From: an uncultured Micavibrio sp.
Lineage (GTDB): Bacteria > Pseudomonadota > Alphaproteobacteria > Micavibrionales > Micavibrionaceae
Reading direction: 5' to 3'
Length of the DNA stretch: 64,000 nucleotides
NCBI GenBank assembly: GCA_964633355.1
Contig: CAZWGO010000006.1
Coordinates: 23,255-87,254 of the forward strand
This document shows positions 8,306 through 17,403 of the stretch, piece after piece (within the stretch, counting starts at the first letter, position 1; each line of letters opens with the position of its first letter). The position numbers were made by a program, and so were the translations under genes. The notes beneath the pieces are model-generated. The model was not told the origin of the DNA. It did not search any database and saw nothing but the letters and a program-made list of their open reading frames with translations.

Positions 8306-9424
8306 ATGCTGATCGGCGTACCAAAAGAAATCAAGAAACAGGAATATCGTGTCGGGCTTGTGCCCTCAAGTGCGAAGGAAATGATTGCGCACGGGCACAA
8401 GGTTATCGTCGAGACGGGAGCCGGAATGGGAATCGGGTTTACCGATGACGATTACAAAAAGGCCGGCGCAGAAATTGCCATGGGCCCTGCCGATATTTTC
8501 AAAGACGCCGATATGATTATCAAGGTCAAAGAACCGCAGGCAGAAGAATGCAAGATGCTGCGCGAAGACCAGATTTTATTCACTTACCTACATTTGGCTG
8601 CAGACCCCGATCAGGCGGATGCACTCATCAAATCCAAAGCGGTTTGCATAGCTTATGAAACTGTTGTCGGGGAAGATGGCAGATCGTTGCCGCTTCTTGC
8701 GCCGATGAGTGAAGTTGCAGGGCGGTTGTCGGCTCAGATCGGCTCGCATTATCTGATGAAACATATGGGCGGCGTTGGCCGTTTGATTTCAGGCGCGCCG
8801 GGTGTATCGGCGGCGGAAATTCTCATTCTTGGCGGCGGCGTATCAGGCTTTAACGCGGCGCGGGTTGCCGTTGGCATGGGCGCATGGGTGACGATCCTTG
8901 AGAAAAATGCGGAGAGGTTACGCTATCTGGATAATTACTTCGGCAATCAGGCACGCGTGCTTATGTCCAATACCGACAATATCGAGAGGTTTTTGCATAC
9001 AGCAGATGTCGTGATCGGCGCGGTTCTCATCCCGGGAGCGTCCGCACCCAAACTTGTTAAGAAAGAACATCTTAAATCCATGAAACAAGGGTCAGTTCTG
9101 GTCGACATCGCCATCGACCAAGGAGGTTGTTTCGAAACTTCGCGTCCTACAACGCATAACGATCCGGTTTATCTTGTTGACGATGTCATCCATTACTGTG
9201 TCGCCAATATGCCAGGCGCGGTGCCAAGGACGTCTGCCGTAGTCCTGAATCACGCCGTTTTGCCGTATGCACTCAAAATTGCGGATATGGGATGGAAGGC
9301 GGCCCTTAAAGCTGATCCGGGATTTATGCAGGGCTTGAATGTCTGCAAGGGGCAGATTACCCATGAAGGCGTCGCCCAGAGCCTGAATCTGACATTCAGT
9401 GCTCCGGACCATTTAGCTGCTTAA
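8306..9424 (+). CDS. ald: alanine dehydrogenase
   Basis: 372 aa starting MLIGVPKEIKKQEYRVGLVPS, with the NAD fold ILGGGVSGFNAARVAVGMGA and IDQGGCFETSRPTTH. Confidence 0.93.
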   Translation: MLIGVPKEIKKQEYRVGLVPSSAKEMIAHGHKVIVETGAGMGIGFTDDDYKKAGAEIAMGPADIFKDADMIIKVKEPQAEECKMLREDQILFTYLHLAADPDQADALIKSKAVCIAYETVVGEDGRSLPLLAPMSEVAGRLSAQIGSHYLMKHMGGVGRLISGAPGVSAAEILILGGGVSGFNAARVAVGMGAWVTILEKNAERLRYLDNYFGNQARVLMSNTDNIERFLHTADVVIGAVLIPGASAPKLVKKEHLKSMKQGSVLVDIAIDQGGCFETSRPTTHNDPVYLVDDVIHYCVANMPGAVPRTSAVVLNHAVLPYALKIADMGWKAALKADPGFMQGLNVCKGQITHEGVAQSLNLTFSAPDHLAA

Positions 9425-9428
9425 AATA

Positions 9429-9749
9429 TTATTCAGCGTTGTAGTCGTAAATTGTGGCGTGGGGAGATATCTGGGCGGCTCCTGCTGCCGGGGCTATATC
9501 CTGCGGAGCAATAGTTTCATCTGTGCCCGATAAGATTTTTTTATCAGAAGGCTTAATTTCCTTGGTTTGTTCGGTTTTTACCTGGTCATTTTTGATCGTT
9601 TTAACCGTTTTGGTCTGAGCCTGAATATTCGAGGTTTTAACGGTTTCGGTCTTGGCCGATTCTGCAGCGGAAGCAGACTGGATCAAGGGCGAGCTGAAAA
9701 GAACTGAGAGGCAGGCTGAAAGAGCAATAATATTTTGGCTATGGCGCAT
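9429..9749 (-). CDS. small secreted low-complexity protein (hypothetical)
   Basis: 106 aa. The signal peptide ends in SASA-AES and is followed by a Thr/Lys/Gln-rich region with reiterated VKT. Confidence 0.5.
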   Translation of the reverse strand: MRHSQNIIALSACLSVLFSSPLIQSASAAESAKTETVKTSNIQAQTKTVKTIKNDQVKTEQTKEIKPSDKKILSGTDETIAPQDIAPAAGAAQISPHATIYDYNAE

Positions 9750-9885
9750 TGAATAACTCCGTTTTTTAGCGATAGAGGCATTTTGTCCCCATTTGAGGGA
9801 TAAAAGCTATAAAATTCTTCGTCAAAGGTTTGAAATTACTCTTGCTTTAGCCCTTGGTTTTGAGTAAACCCTCTCGAGCAAATGC

Positions 9886-9962
9886 GCGGGTGTAGTTCAG
9901 TTGGTTAGAACGCTTCCCTGTCACGGAAGAGGTCGAGGGTTCAAGTCCCTTCACTCGCGCCA
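9886..9962 (+). tRNA. tRNA-Asp (anticodon GTC)
   Basis: Hand-folded. Acceptor gcgggtg/cactcgc (one G-U), D arm gttc/gaac, anticodon arm cttcc-ctGTCac-ggaag, T arm gaggg-ttcaagt-ccctt, encoded CCA. Confidence 0.9.
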
Positions 9963-10039
9963 TTCTCTCCCATATTTTCGCTTAATTAGCCGGGACTTGA
10001 AGCCCTCGGGTTTTAAAGTTGTCCTGCTGAGCAGGACAG

Positions 10040-10067
10040 GGGTTCAAGTCCCTTCACTCGCGCCATT
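10040..10067 (+). repeat. exact 28-bp duplicate of the tRNA-Asp 3' end (T-arm, acceptor and CCA)
   Basis: gggttcaagtcccttcactcgcgccatt is identical at 9937..9964 and 10040..10067. No matching 5' acceptor strand lies upstream, so this is not a second tRNA. Confidence 0.85.
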
Positions 10068-10092
10068 TTTTCCTAGATTATCGAAATGCAAT

Positions 10093-10172
10093 CTGTCATT
10101 CCCGCGAAGGCGGGAATCCATCTAGCGTAAGTCCATCGACCCCCGCCTCGGCGGGGGTGATGAAATGGATGG
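10093..10172. repeat. compound GC-rich palindromic (REP-like) element
   Basis: tgtcatt, then hairpin attcccgc-gaag-gcgggaat (10098..10117), then hairpin cccccgcc-tc-ggcggggg (10140..10157), flanked by ccatc/gatgg. Confidence 0.7.
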
Positions 10173-10256
10173 GATAAAATCCAGGATACAACCTTGCAAG
10201 TCTCTAATATTTATGGTGTTTTAGGGCCATAACTTACCTTAAGATTCTGGTGCATC

Positions 10257-10628
10257 ATGGCCCCGACCGATTTTCTTCACGCTTATTTCCCGATTGTCGT
10301 TTTTCTCGGTATTTCTATCGCGATCGCGCTCGGCATGGCGGCAACGTCTATTCTTCTCGGCAAGAGCCGCCCGGACAGCGAAAAACTCTCTGCTTATGAA
10401 TGCGGCTTCGACGCCTTCGACGATGCACGCTCCAAATTCGACGTACGATTTTATCTCGTCGCCATTCTTTTCATCATCTTCGATCTGGAAGTTGCGTTTT
10501 TATTTCCATGGGCGGTAAGCCTTGGCGATATCGGCATGTTCGGTTTCTGGTCGATGGTCGTGTTCCTTGGCGTTCTCGGCATCGGACTAGTCTATGAATG
10601 GAATAAAGGCGCCCTTGATTGGGAATAG
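10257..10628 (+). CDS. nuoA: NADH-quinone oxidoreductase subunit A
   Basis: 123 aa with three TM segments and YECGF...[25 protein letters not shown]. Confidence 0.95.
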   Translation: MAPTDFLHAYFPIVVFLGISIAIALGMAATSILLGKSRPDSEKLSAYECGFDAFDDARSKFDVRFYLVAILFIIFDLEVAFLFPWAVSLGDIGMFGFWSMVVFLGVLGIGLVYEWNKGALDWE

Positions 10629-10640
10629 GAGTTAAAAAAT

Positions 10641-10904
10641 ATGAGTACACAACTTTCATTATTTCAGAAATTTCAGCTGGCACTTTACGATTTTAAAGAT
10701 GCTATATTGCCTGAACGCAAACCTTCTGTTGGAGCTGTTATTTATCATGTTACTGGAAGCAGTAAGCCTAGAATACTCGAAGATAACATGAAAGTTGATG
10801 TTATAACTGCCCTGAAAGCAGTAGGGTATGAGCAGCCTGAATCAGCATTAGAAGCTTTCGAAACTTTAGCCACAATAAGTTGGACAGATGACCCACGACC
10901 GTAA
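10641..10904 (+). CDS. hypothetical 87-aa protein inserted between nuoA and nuoB
   Basis: The ORF has AGGAG 9 nt upstream of its ATG, overlapping the nuoA stop. It is visibly more AT-rich than the flanking nuo genes. I recognise no motif. Confidence 0.45.
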   Translation: MSTQLSLFQKFQLALYDFKDAILPERKPSVGAVIYHVTGSSKPRILEDNMKVDVITALKAVGYEQPESALEAFETLATISWTDDPRP

Positions 10905-11463
10905 TGTAATAACCGCTCCTGAAACGTCACTGAAAACCAATGTGCCGATGATGCCCGCGCATGAGCAGGATGAATCAGTCGCAAGGCTTGCTCAGGAAGT
11001 TCAGGAAAAAGGCTTTCTGCTGACCAATGCCGACAAGCTGTTCGACTGGGCGCGTCAGGGATCCATGTGGCCCATGACGTTCGGCCTTGCCTGCTGCGCG
11101 GTTGAGATGATTCACTCCTATATGTCGCGTTACGACCTCGACCGTTTCGGCATTATTCCGCGCCCATCTCCGCGTCAATCCGATGTGATGATTGTTGCCG
11201 GGACGCTTTGCAATAAAATGGCGCCTGCGCTGCGCCGCGTATACGACCAGATGCCAGAACCTCGCTGGGTCATCTCTATGGGATCCTGCGCGAATGGCGG
11301 CGGTTACTACCACTATTCCTATTCAGTCGTGCGTGGGTGCGACCGTATCGTTCCGGTTGATATTTATGTGCCGGGATGTCCGCCAACCGCCGAAGCCCTT
11401 GTCTACGGCCTTCTGCAATTGCAGCGCAAAATCAAACGCGAAGACACAAGGATCGTTCGCTAA
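10888..11463 (+). CDS. nuoB: NADH-quinone oxidoreductase subunit B
   Basis: Contains [16 protein letters not shown] and [14 protein letters not shown]...VPGCPP. The start is uncertain; the alternative ATG at 10948 would remove the overlap with the 87-aa ORF. Confidence 0.93.
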   Translation: MTHDRNVITAPETSLKTNVPMMPAHEQDESVARLAQEVQEKGFLLTNADKLFDWARQGSMWPMTFGLACCAVEMIHSYMSRYDLDRFGIIPRPSPRQSDVMIVAGTLCNKMAPALRRVYDQMPEPRWVISMGSCANGGGYYHYSYSVVRGCDRIVPVDIYVPGCPPTAEALVYGLLQLQRKIKREDTRIVR

Positions 11464-12137
11464 TGTCCGAAGAAATTGTTGAAGCAGTCCTTCCAAATCC
11501 GCTGGCGCTGCTCGGTGCCTCTATTCTTGAAAAGAACGCCGGAAAAGTTTTGTCGTATGAGCTGATCAAAGGCGAATTGGTGATTTATATCAATCGATCC
11601 AGCCTGCTTGATGTCATGACATTCCTGCGTGACGATGCATCTTGCAAATTTTCTCAATTAATCGATGTCACAGCAGTTGATTATCCGGAGCGCCCGGAGC
11701 GTTTCGAAGTCGTCTATCAACTTCTATCAATGAAACATAATGGCCGCATCCGCGTGAAACTGGCGACAGATGAAAATACGCCGGTTGAAAGCCTTTCCCA
11801 TTTATTCAGCGCGGCGACATGGTTCGAACGCGAGGTATGGGATATGTATGGCGTTATGTTCGCCAATAATCCGGACCATCGCCGCATCCTTACTGACTAT
11901 GGTTTCGACGGGCATCCTTTGCGGAAAGATTTCCCGCTGACAGGCTATGTCGAGCTTCGCTACGATCAGGATTTGAAGCGTGTTGTCTATGAGCCTGTCA
12001 AACTCACGCAGGATTTCCGCCGTTTCGATTTCCTCTCGCCTTGGGAAGGCTTAACCGATATCCAGCTTCCGGGCGATGAAAAAGCCGTTCAGCCTAAATT
12101 TGGTTATGTGCCGACTGATAGATCGGTGAAAGAATAG
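11463..12137 (+). CDS. nuoC: NADH-quinone oxidoreductase subunit C
   Basis: The start MSEEIVEAV overlaps the nuoB stop by 1 nt. Contains [16 protein letters not shown]...[18 protein letters not shown]. The track ORF start at 11376 lies inside nuoB. Confidence 0.92.
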   Translation: MSEEIVEAVLPNPLALLGASILEKNAGKVLSYELIKGELVIYINRSSLLDVMTFLRDDASCKFSQLIDVTAVDYPERPERFEVVYQLLSMKHNGRIRVKLATDENTPVESLSHLFSAATWFEREVWDMYGVMFANNPDHRRILTDYGFDGHPLRKDFPLTGYVELRYDQDLKRVVYEPVKLTQDFRRFDFLSPWEGLTDIQLPGDEKAVQPKFGYVPTDRSVKE

Positions 12138-12139
12138 TC

Positions 12140-13348
12140 ATGTCAAACACAGCAGAATTAATCGATATCTCCGAAGAAACGCAGATCAAACCTTATACGA
12201 TGAATTTCGGGCCGCAGCACCCGGCCGCGCACGGCGTGTTGCGCCTTGTGCTGGAGCTTGACGGAGAGGTTGTCGAGCGCGCCGATCCGCATATCGGTTT
12301 GCTACACCGTGGAACCGAAAAGCTGATTGAGTATAAAACTTACTTACAGGCTCTGCCGTATTTTGACCGTCTTGATTACGTTGCGCCGATGAACCAGGAG
12401 CATGCCTTTGCGCTTGCAACCGAGAAACTTCTTGGCATTACGCCGCCAATGCGCGCGCAATATATTCGCGTTTTGTTTTGCGAATTGACCCGTATTCTCA
12501 ATCACATTCTGAACATTACGACTTACGCGCTCGACGTTGGTGCGATTACACCGGCGCTTTGGGGTTTCGAAGAGCGTGAGAAGGGGATGGAGTTTTACGA
12601 CCGCGTTTGCGGGGCAAGGCTTCACGCAAATTATTTCCGCCCGGGCGGCGTTGCGATGGACCTTCCAAAAGGTCTTCTAGAAGACATGTACGAATGGACG
12701 GAAACTTTCCCGCAAGTTCTGAATGATCTGGAAGGTTTGCTGTCCAATAACCGTATCTTCAAACAACGGACTGTCGATATAGGGATCGTCTCAAAAGAGC
12801 AGGCGATCGATTGGGGTTTTACAGGACCATGTCTACGCGCTTCCGGCGTGGCGTGGGATTTGCGCAAGTCGCAGCCTTACGATGTTTACAGCCAAATGGA
12901 TTTCGATGTGCCGGTCGGTAAGACAGGCGACTGTTATGCGCGGTATCTGGTTCGCGTCGAGGAAATGCGTCAGTCATTGAAAATTATGCAGCAATGTATC
13001 CGCGAAATTCCGGAAGGTCCGATCAAGACCAACGATTATAAAGTCGCGCCGCCGCCGCGTGCCGAGATGAAGCGCTCCATGGAGGCGCTGATTCACCATT
13101 TCAAATTATTCACCGAAGGTTATCACGTTCCGGCTGGCGAGACTTATACGGCCGTCGAAGCGCCAAAAGGTGAATTCGGTGTTTATCTGGTCTCGGACGG
13201 TTCGAACAAACCGTATCGCTGCCGTATCCGCGCCCCGGGCTTTGCCCATTTGCAAGGGCTGGATTTCATGTCCAAGGGACATCTGTTGGCTGATACGGTG
13301 TCGATTATCGGCTCACTGGATATCGTTTTTGGTGAAATTGATCGATAA
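12140..13348 (+). CDS. nuoD: NADH-quinone oxidoreductase subunit D
   Basis: 402 aa with [27 protein letters not shown] and a C-terminal [11 protein letters not shown]. Confidence 0.97.
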   Translation: MSNTAELIDISEETQIKPYTMNFGPQHPAAHGVLRLVLELDGEVVERADPHIGLLHRGTEKLIEYKTYLQALPYFDRLDYVAPMNQEHAFALATEKLLGITPPMRAQYIRVLFCELTRILNHILNITTYALDVGAITPALWGFEEREKGMEFYDRVCGARLHANYFRPGGVAMDLPKGLLEDMYEWTETFPQVLNDLEGLLSNNRIFKQRTVDIGIVSKEQAIDWGFTGPCLRASGVAWDLRKSQPYDVYSQMDFDVPVGKTGDCYARYLVRVEEMRQSLKIMQQCIREIPEGPIKTNDYKVAPPPRAEMKRSMEALIHHFKLFTEGYHVPAGETYTAVEAPKGEFGVYLVSDGSNKPYRCRIRAPGFAHLQGLDFMSKGHLLADTVSIIGSLDIVFGEIDR

Positions 13349-13378
13349 ATTTGACATTGTCATAATAATACTGGTAGT

Positions 13379-13891
13379 GTGTTTGCGATGTGTAAAAAAC
13401 CTTTTAAATATTCAGCATCTGAAGAAGTTGCAGTCTTAGTTGAACCGCATATTGCTGTTTTTCTGGTGATGACCCCGGAAGGTCCAAAAGTTCCTGTGGT
13501 TGAACGTTCAAAAAGCGGTGAGACGTTTTTCGATTTGCCTGGTGGCAAAAGGGATGATCTGGGTGAATGCGGATATCATGCTTCCGGAAGGGAAACTTTT
13601 GAGGAAGTGAACGGGACAGTGGTTGTTTTGCGATCATTAGGAAAAGCGCCTCATCCTTTCAAACAGGCTTGTTTCCGGCATTTTTATGCAGCTGCCGACG
13701 TTATGAGTGGCCCTATCTATAACAAAGTGCCTCTTGAGCATGACGATGTGCATTTAATGGAGCCGGAAAAGGCCATTGAAAAACTGGGCGACCGCATTCC
13801 GCAACTGGCGCGCAACTTTATCCGCTTTGAAGCAATACGCTTATCGAGGACCGTTTCAATCCAGCATTTACCTGTTCCTGTCTGCGCATAA
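13379..13891 (+). CDS. Nudix-like hydrolase (divergent Nudix box) inserted between nuoD and nuoE
   Basis: 170 aa. LPGGKRDDLGECGYHASGRETFEEVNG matches GX5EX7REUXEEXGU with two single-residue insertions, and the core E-x7-RE-x2-EE is intact. The start is GTG 13379 or ATG 13388, with no clear SD. Confidence 0.55.
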   Translation: MFAMCKKPFKYSASEEVAVLVEPHIAVFLVMTPEGPKVPVVERSKSGETFFDLPGGKRDDLGECGYHASGRETFEEVNGTVVVLRSLGKAPHPFKQACFRHFYAAADVMSGPIYNKVPLEHDDVHLMEPEKAIEKLGDRIPQLARNFIRFEAIRLSRTVSIQHLPVPVCA

Positions 13892-13953
13892 ACCCTTGAA
13901 CTTCCCTAATATACGAGTAAATTGGCGGCAGTAAGACTTACCCGGATTCTGCC

Positions 13954-14607
13954 ATGAAAAAGACTTTTGTCGCCAACGCTCCCTACCAGCCAGCCAGTTT
14001 CACCTTCCGCAGCGAAGCCATGGTTCAGGATATCATCTCCCGCTACCCGAAAGGCAAGCAACGCTCGGCGACGATGCCGCTTCTGGATTTGGCGCAGCGT
14101 CAAGTTGCAGAAGATGGTGCGAAAGAAAATCCTCCGTATGGCGGATGGATTCCAAGAGCGGCGATGGATGAAATTGCCCGCATTTTAGATTTACCGCCGA
14201 TCAAGGTTTATGAAGTCGCGACTTTTTACTCGATGTATAATCTGGCACCTGTTGGAAAATATTTACTTCAAGTTTGCACGACGACACCTTGTGCTCTGTG
14301 CGGCTCCGGTAAGATTGTCGATGCCTGCGAAGAATTCCTTGGCATCCATATGGGCGAGACGAGCAAGGACGGCAAATTCACGATGATGGAAGTCGAATGT
14401 CTCGGCGCTTGCGTCAATGCGCCGATGATGCAGGTTAATGATGATTTCTATGAAGATCTGACACCGGAAAACACAAAAGAATTATTGCTGGCGCTTGCGC
14501 AGGATCGTCCGCCGACAGTCGGGTCCATGAAGGGCCGCAAATGTTCGATGGCCATTACCGGCCCGACGACATTGGAAGAACAAGCCAAGCAAGCGGGAGT
14601 GAAATAA
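13954..14607 (+). CDS. nuoE: NADH-quinone oxidoreductase subunit E
   Basis: 217 aa with the 2Fe-2S Cys pattern ([11 protein letters not shown]...[11 protein letters not shown]). Confidence 0.95.
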   Translation: MKKTFVANAPYQPASFTFRSEAMVQDIISRYPKGKQRSATMPLLDLAQRQVAEDGAKENPPYGGWIPRAAMDEIARILDLPPIKVYEVATFYSMYNLAPVGKYLLQVCTTTPCALCGSGKIVDACEEFLGIHMGETSKDGKFTMMEVECLGACVNAPMMQVNDDFYEDLTPENTKELLLALAQDRPPTVGSMKGRKCSMAITGPTTLEEQAKQAGVK

Positions 14608-14608
14608 T

Positions 14609-15889
14609 ATGCTCGCAGACTCAGACAGAATTTATACAAATATTTACGGCTTCGAACCGTTCTCGCTGGAATACGCGAAAAAGCGCGGCGACTGGGATAA
14701 TACCAAAGATATCATCGCCAAAGGCCGTGACTGGATCATCAATGAAATGAAAGCCTCCGGCCTTCGTGGTCGCGGCGGCGCAGGATTCCCGACGGGCATG
14801 AAATGGTCTTTTATGCCGAAAGTGTTCGACGGTCGTCCGCATTATCTTGTCATCAATGCTGATGAATCAGAGCCGGGCACTTGTAAAGATCGCGATATTC
14901 TTCGCAACGAGCCGCATAAATTAATCGAGGGCGCGTTGATCGCAGCTTTCGCCATGGGCGCGAACGCTTGTTACATCTATATACGCGGCGAATTCTTCAA
15001 TGAAGGATCGACCATCGTTCAGGCGATCAAGGAAGCTTACGCCGCCGGTCTGGTCGGTAAAAACGCCTGCGGTTCCGGTTGGGATTTCGACATTTATCTG
15101 CACCGTGGAGCAGGGGCTTATATCTGCGGTGAAGAGACAGCGCTTATTGAATCCATCGAAGGTAAAAAAGGCCAGCCGCGCAACAAGCCGCCATTTCCAG
15201 CGGGCGCAGGTTTGTATTCATGTCCGACGACGGTCAATAACGTTGAAACCATTGCCAACGCGCCAACTATCCTGCGCCGTGGCGGTGCATGGTTTGCCGG
15301 TATCGGGCGCGATGAAAAAAATACCGGCACGAAACTTTTCTGTATTTCCGGCCACGTCAATAATCCATGCAACGTCGAAGAAGCGATGGGCATTCCATTG
15401 AAAGAGCTTATCGAAAAACATGCGGGCGGCGTGCGCGGCGGATGGGACAATCTGAAAGCTATTATACCGGGCGGCTCCTCAACGCCATTACTTCCGAAAG
15501 AAGTTTGCGATACAGCGATCATGGATTTTGACTCGCTTCGTGCGGTTCAGTCCGGTCTTGGCACGGCAGGCGTGATCGTCATGGATAAATCCACCGATAT
15601 CATTCAGGCGATTGCACGCCTTGCGCATTTCTATATGCATGAATCTTGCGGCCAGTGTACGCCGTGCCGCGAAGGCACCGGGTGGATGTGGCGCATGATG
15701 CAGCGTATGGTCGTCGGTAATGCAACGATTGAAGAAATCGACCAGTTGCTCGATGTTTCCAAGGAAATTGAAGGCCACACGATCTGCGCCCATGGAGATG
15801 CATCGGCCTGGCCTATTCAAGGTCTTTTCAGGCATTTCCGCCCGGAGGTCGAAGCGCGTATAATGGAGTACCGGAAGGCTGCTGCTTGA
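14609..15889 (+). CDS. nuoF: NADH-quinone oxidoreductase subunit F
   Basis: 426 aa with the FMN/NADH site [26 protein letters not shown] and 4Fe-4[13 protein letters not shown]. Confidence 0.97.
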   Translation: MLADSDRIYTNIYGFEPFSLEYAKKRGDWDNTKDIIAKGRDWIINEMKASGLRGRGGAGFPTGMKWSFMPKVFDGRPHYLVINADESEPGTCKDRDILRNEPHKLIEGALIAAFAMGANACYIYIRGEFFNEGSTIVQAIKEAYAAGLVGKNACGSGWDFDIYLHRGAGAYICGEETALIESIEGKKGQPRNKPPFPAGAGLYSCPTTVNNVETIANAPTILRRGGAWFAGIGRDEKNTGTKLFCISGHVNNPCNVEEAMGIPLKELIEKHAGGVRGGWDNLKAIIPGGSSTPLLPKEVCDTAIMDFDSLRAVQSGLGTAGVIVMDKSTDIIQAIARLAHFYMHESCGQCTPCREGTGWMWRMMQRMVVGNATIEEIDQLLDVSKEIEGHTICAHGDASAWPIQGLFRHFRPEVEARIMEYRKAAA

Positions 15890-16622
15890 GATTTTTGTCT
15901 TCCTGTGCGATTTGCCGAGCATTATCAAATGAAGCATCAAAAATTTCACGGCCTATATAATTGCGGGCACGTTCCATCTGTTCTTCATTTTTTAAATCAA
16001 ATTTTCCATTCCAGTTAAGGCCAGCTTTCGATAAAAGATAATAAGCAAAAGATTCGTAGTTATTTCTGCCTCTTAGAGGTTCATCGATCAGTGTCCATAA
16101 CGACTTTGGATCTTCAGATTTAAGAATATCACGAATTCTGCCATCGGTTCCTAAAGGCGTATTACAAATATCGCAGGCACTATCCAATACAGTATTTATT
16201 TTTTTACGAAGTGCGTCCCAGTCGCCTTGTTCAGGTATAAAGCCATAGCGGGCGAAAGCATAAGCACCGACAAAGCCGAATTTTGAAGTTACAGATGGAC
16301 AATTTGAAACTTCGTATAGAGCTAGTCGATTTGCCATGAGTTGTTTGGTAATTTTTTTACCGGTCCAACCAGAAAATCCGATTGTTGATTCATCCCAATT
16401 TTGAAACCATGACGTATTAGTTTTGGTGTCATTACCGAGAACAATAAAGTTATGATTTCCATCAGCTTGAATTTGAAAAGTGATCCTGAGGCTGTCTTTA
16501 ACTTCGAAGGAAAGGATTCTTGCCATTTGATCGGGTGATAAAGGCAATATCTCAACCTGACGATCAGCTTCCTGATAGGTTGTAAGATTGTAATTAGAAC
16601 CTGCCGTCTTGGTTAAAGTCAT
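15828..16622 (-). CDS. hypothetical 264-aa protein, antisense to the nuo operon, with weak GNAT-like motifs
   Basis: Long ORF on the opposite strand between nuoF and nuoG, and more AT-rich than the nuo genes. Its last 62 nt run antisense into the nuoF 3' end. [20 protein letters not shown] and [12 protein letters not shown] loosely resemble GNAT motifs A and B. No obvious SD. Confidence 0.5.
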   Translation of the reverse strand: MTLTKTAGSNYNLTTYQEADRQVEILPLSPDQMARILSFEVKDSLRITFQIQADGNHNFIVLGNDTKTNTSWFQNWDESTIGFSGWTGKKITKQLMANRLALYEVSNCPSVTSKFGFVGAYAFARYGFIPEQGDWDALRKKINTVLDSACDICNTPLGTDGRIRDILKSEDPKSLWTLIDEPLRGRNNYESFAYYLLSKAGLNWNGKFDLKNEEQMERARNYIGREIFDASFDNARQIAQEDKNLKQQPSGTPLYALRPPGGNA

Positions 16623-16744
16623 GACTTTGTTTACCAGAAAGGGATCCGTATTGCAATATGTAAATGAAACTAAGCTTTAATATCAATTGCTTCCATCCAT
16701 TTTAGGAAAGAGATATAATCTGATAAGAGGCTCAAAAACTGGTT

Positions 16745-17356
16745 ATGAATTTCAAAAAAACTACCCTTATTGTTCTTTTGTTTCTGATCTGGGGCAGTCC
16801 TGCTATGGCCGAAATCTATGAGCCGGGCACGGGTATTCTTTTGCCCAAGCGCAAGCAGGATAAGCAGAATGAAGAAAACCAGAAGCGCAATCAGCCGGTT
16901 CAGAAGCTAAATAATAGGAACTCCGATACAAAAATAGTGAAAGATGGGGCTGTTGTTCAGCCAAATCAGTCCGCTCCACTGATAGTGCAACCCAGCCGGT
17001 CCAATAATACAAGCGATAATGCCCAAAAACTAACCAATGCCTATGCGGCACATTTATATACGGGCGTATGTTCGCAGGAATATCGTGATTCACTGGCAGC
17101 GTTTACGGAGCCTAATCTGGATCGCCGTAAAATGTGGGCGGATATCCAGGCAAGTTGCAAATGCCTGACCAATGAAATCATGACGGAAGTGCCGGCGACC
17201 GATCTTGCAGATTATGTAATGTATACGCAGGGCGCTCAGAAGGATACTCAATTGGCTCCGGAAGTTGCGTCTTATTACACATCGGGCAAAAGCGGGCAGA
17301 TTCAACAACTCAGTTTAAATGGGCAAATTCGTAAGAAATGCGGCTTTCTTAACTAA
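16745..17356 (+). CDS. hypothetical secreted protein (signal peptide) inserted before nuoG
   Basis: 203 aa. Signal peptide MNFKKTTLIVLLFLIWGSPAMA-EIY, then a Gln/Asn/Lys-rich linker and a C-terminal domain with 4 Cys. Divergent from the 15828..16622 ORF. Confidence 0.5.
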   Translation: MNFKKTTLIVLLFLIWGSPAMAEIYEPGTGILLPKRKQDKQNEENQKRNQPVQKLNNRNSDTKIVKDGAVVQPNQSAPLIVQPSRSNNTSDNAQKLTNAYAAHLYTGVCSQEYRDSLAAFTEPNLDRRKMWADIQASCKCLTNEIMTEVPATDLADYVMYTQGAQKDTQLAPEVASYYTSGKSGQIQQLSLNGQIRKKCGFLN

Positions 17357-17403
17357 AACCAATATGTTAGTTAATAGGCCTAATTCTCAGGAATCTTGAG
17401 TCC

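Noticed and set aside
9965-10067. A second tRNA or tRNA pseudogene downstream of tRNA-Asp.
   Set aside because: Only the T-arm and 3' acceptor half are present. There is no complementary 5' acceptor strand, D arm or anticodon arm (the 7-bp/3-nt hairpin is not an anticodon arm).
9901-10125. 74-aa ORF spanning tRNA-Asp, its duplicated 3' end and the REP-like element.
   Set aside because: It reads through a tRNA gene and palindromic repeats. The peptide ending in SFPRRRESI is the usual translation artefact of such GC-rich palindromes.
11376-11462. The extended N-terminus of nuoC from the track. The same issue applies to the track starts of frr (41477), dxr (43490), proS (30742), pyrH (40840) and gltA (54703).
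   Set aside because: The extensions overlap the preceding genes or lack an SD. Internal ATGs give N-termini typical of each family and fit the stop/start packing of these operons.
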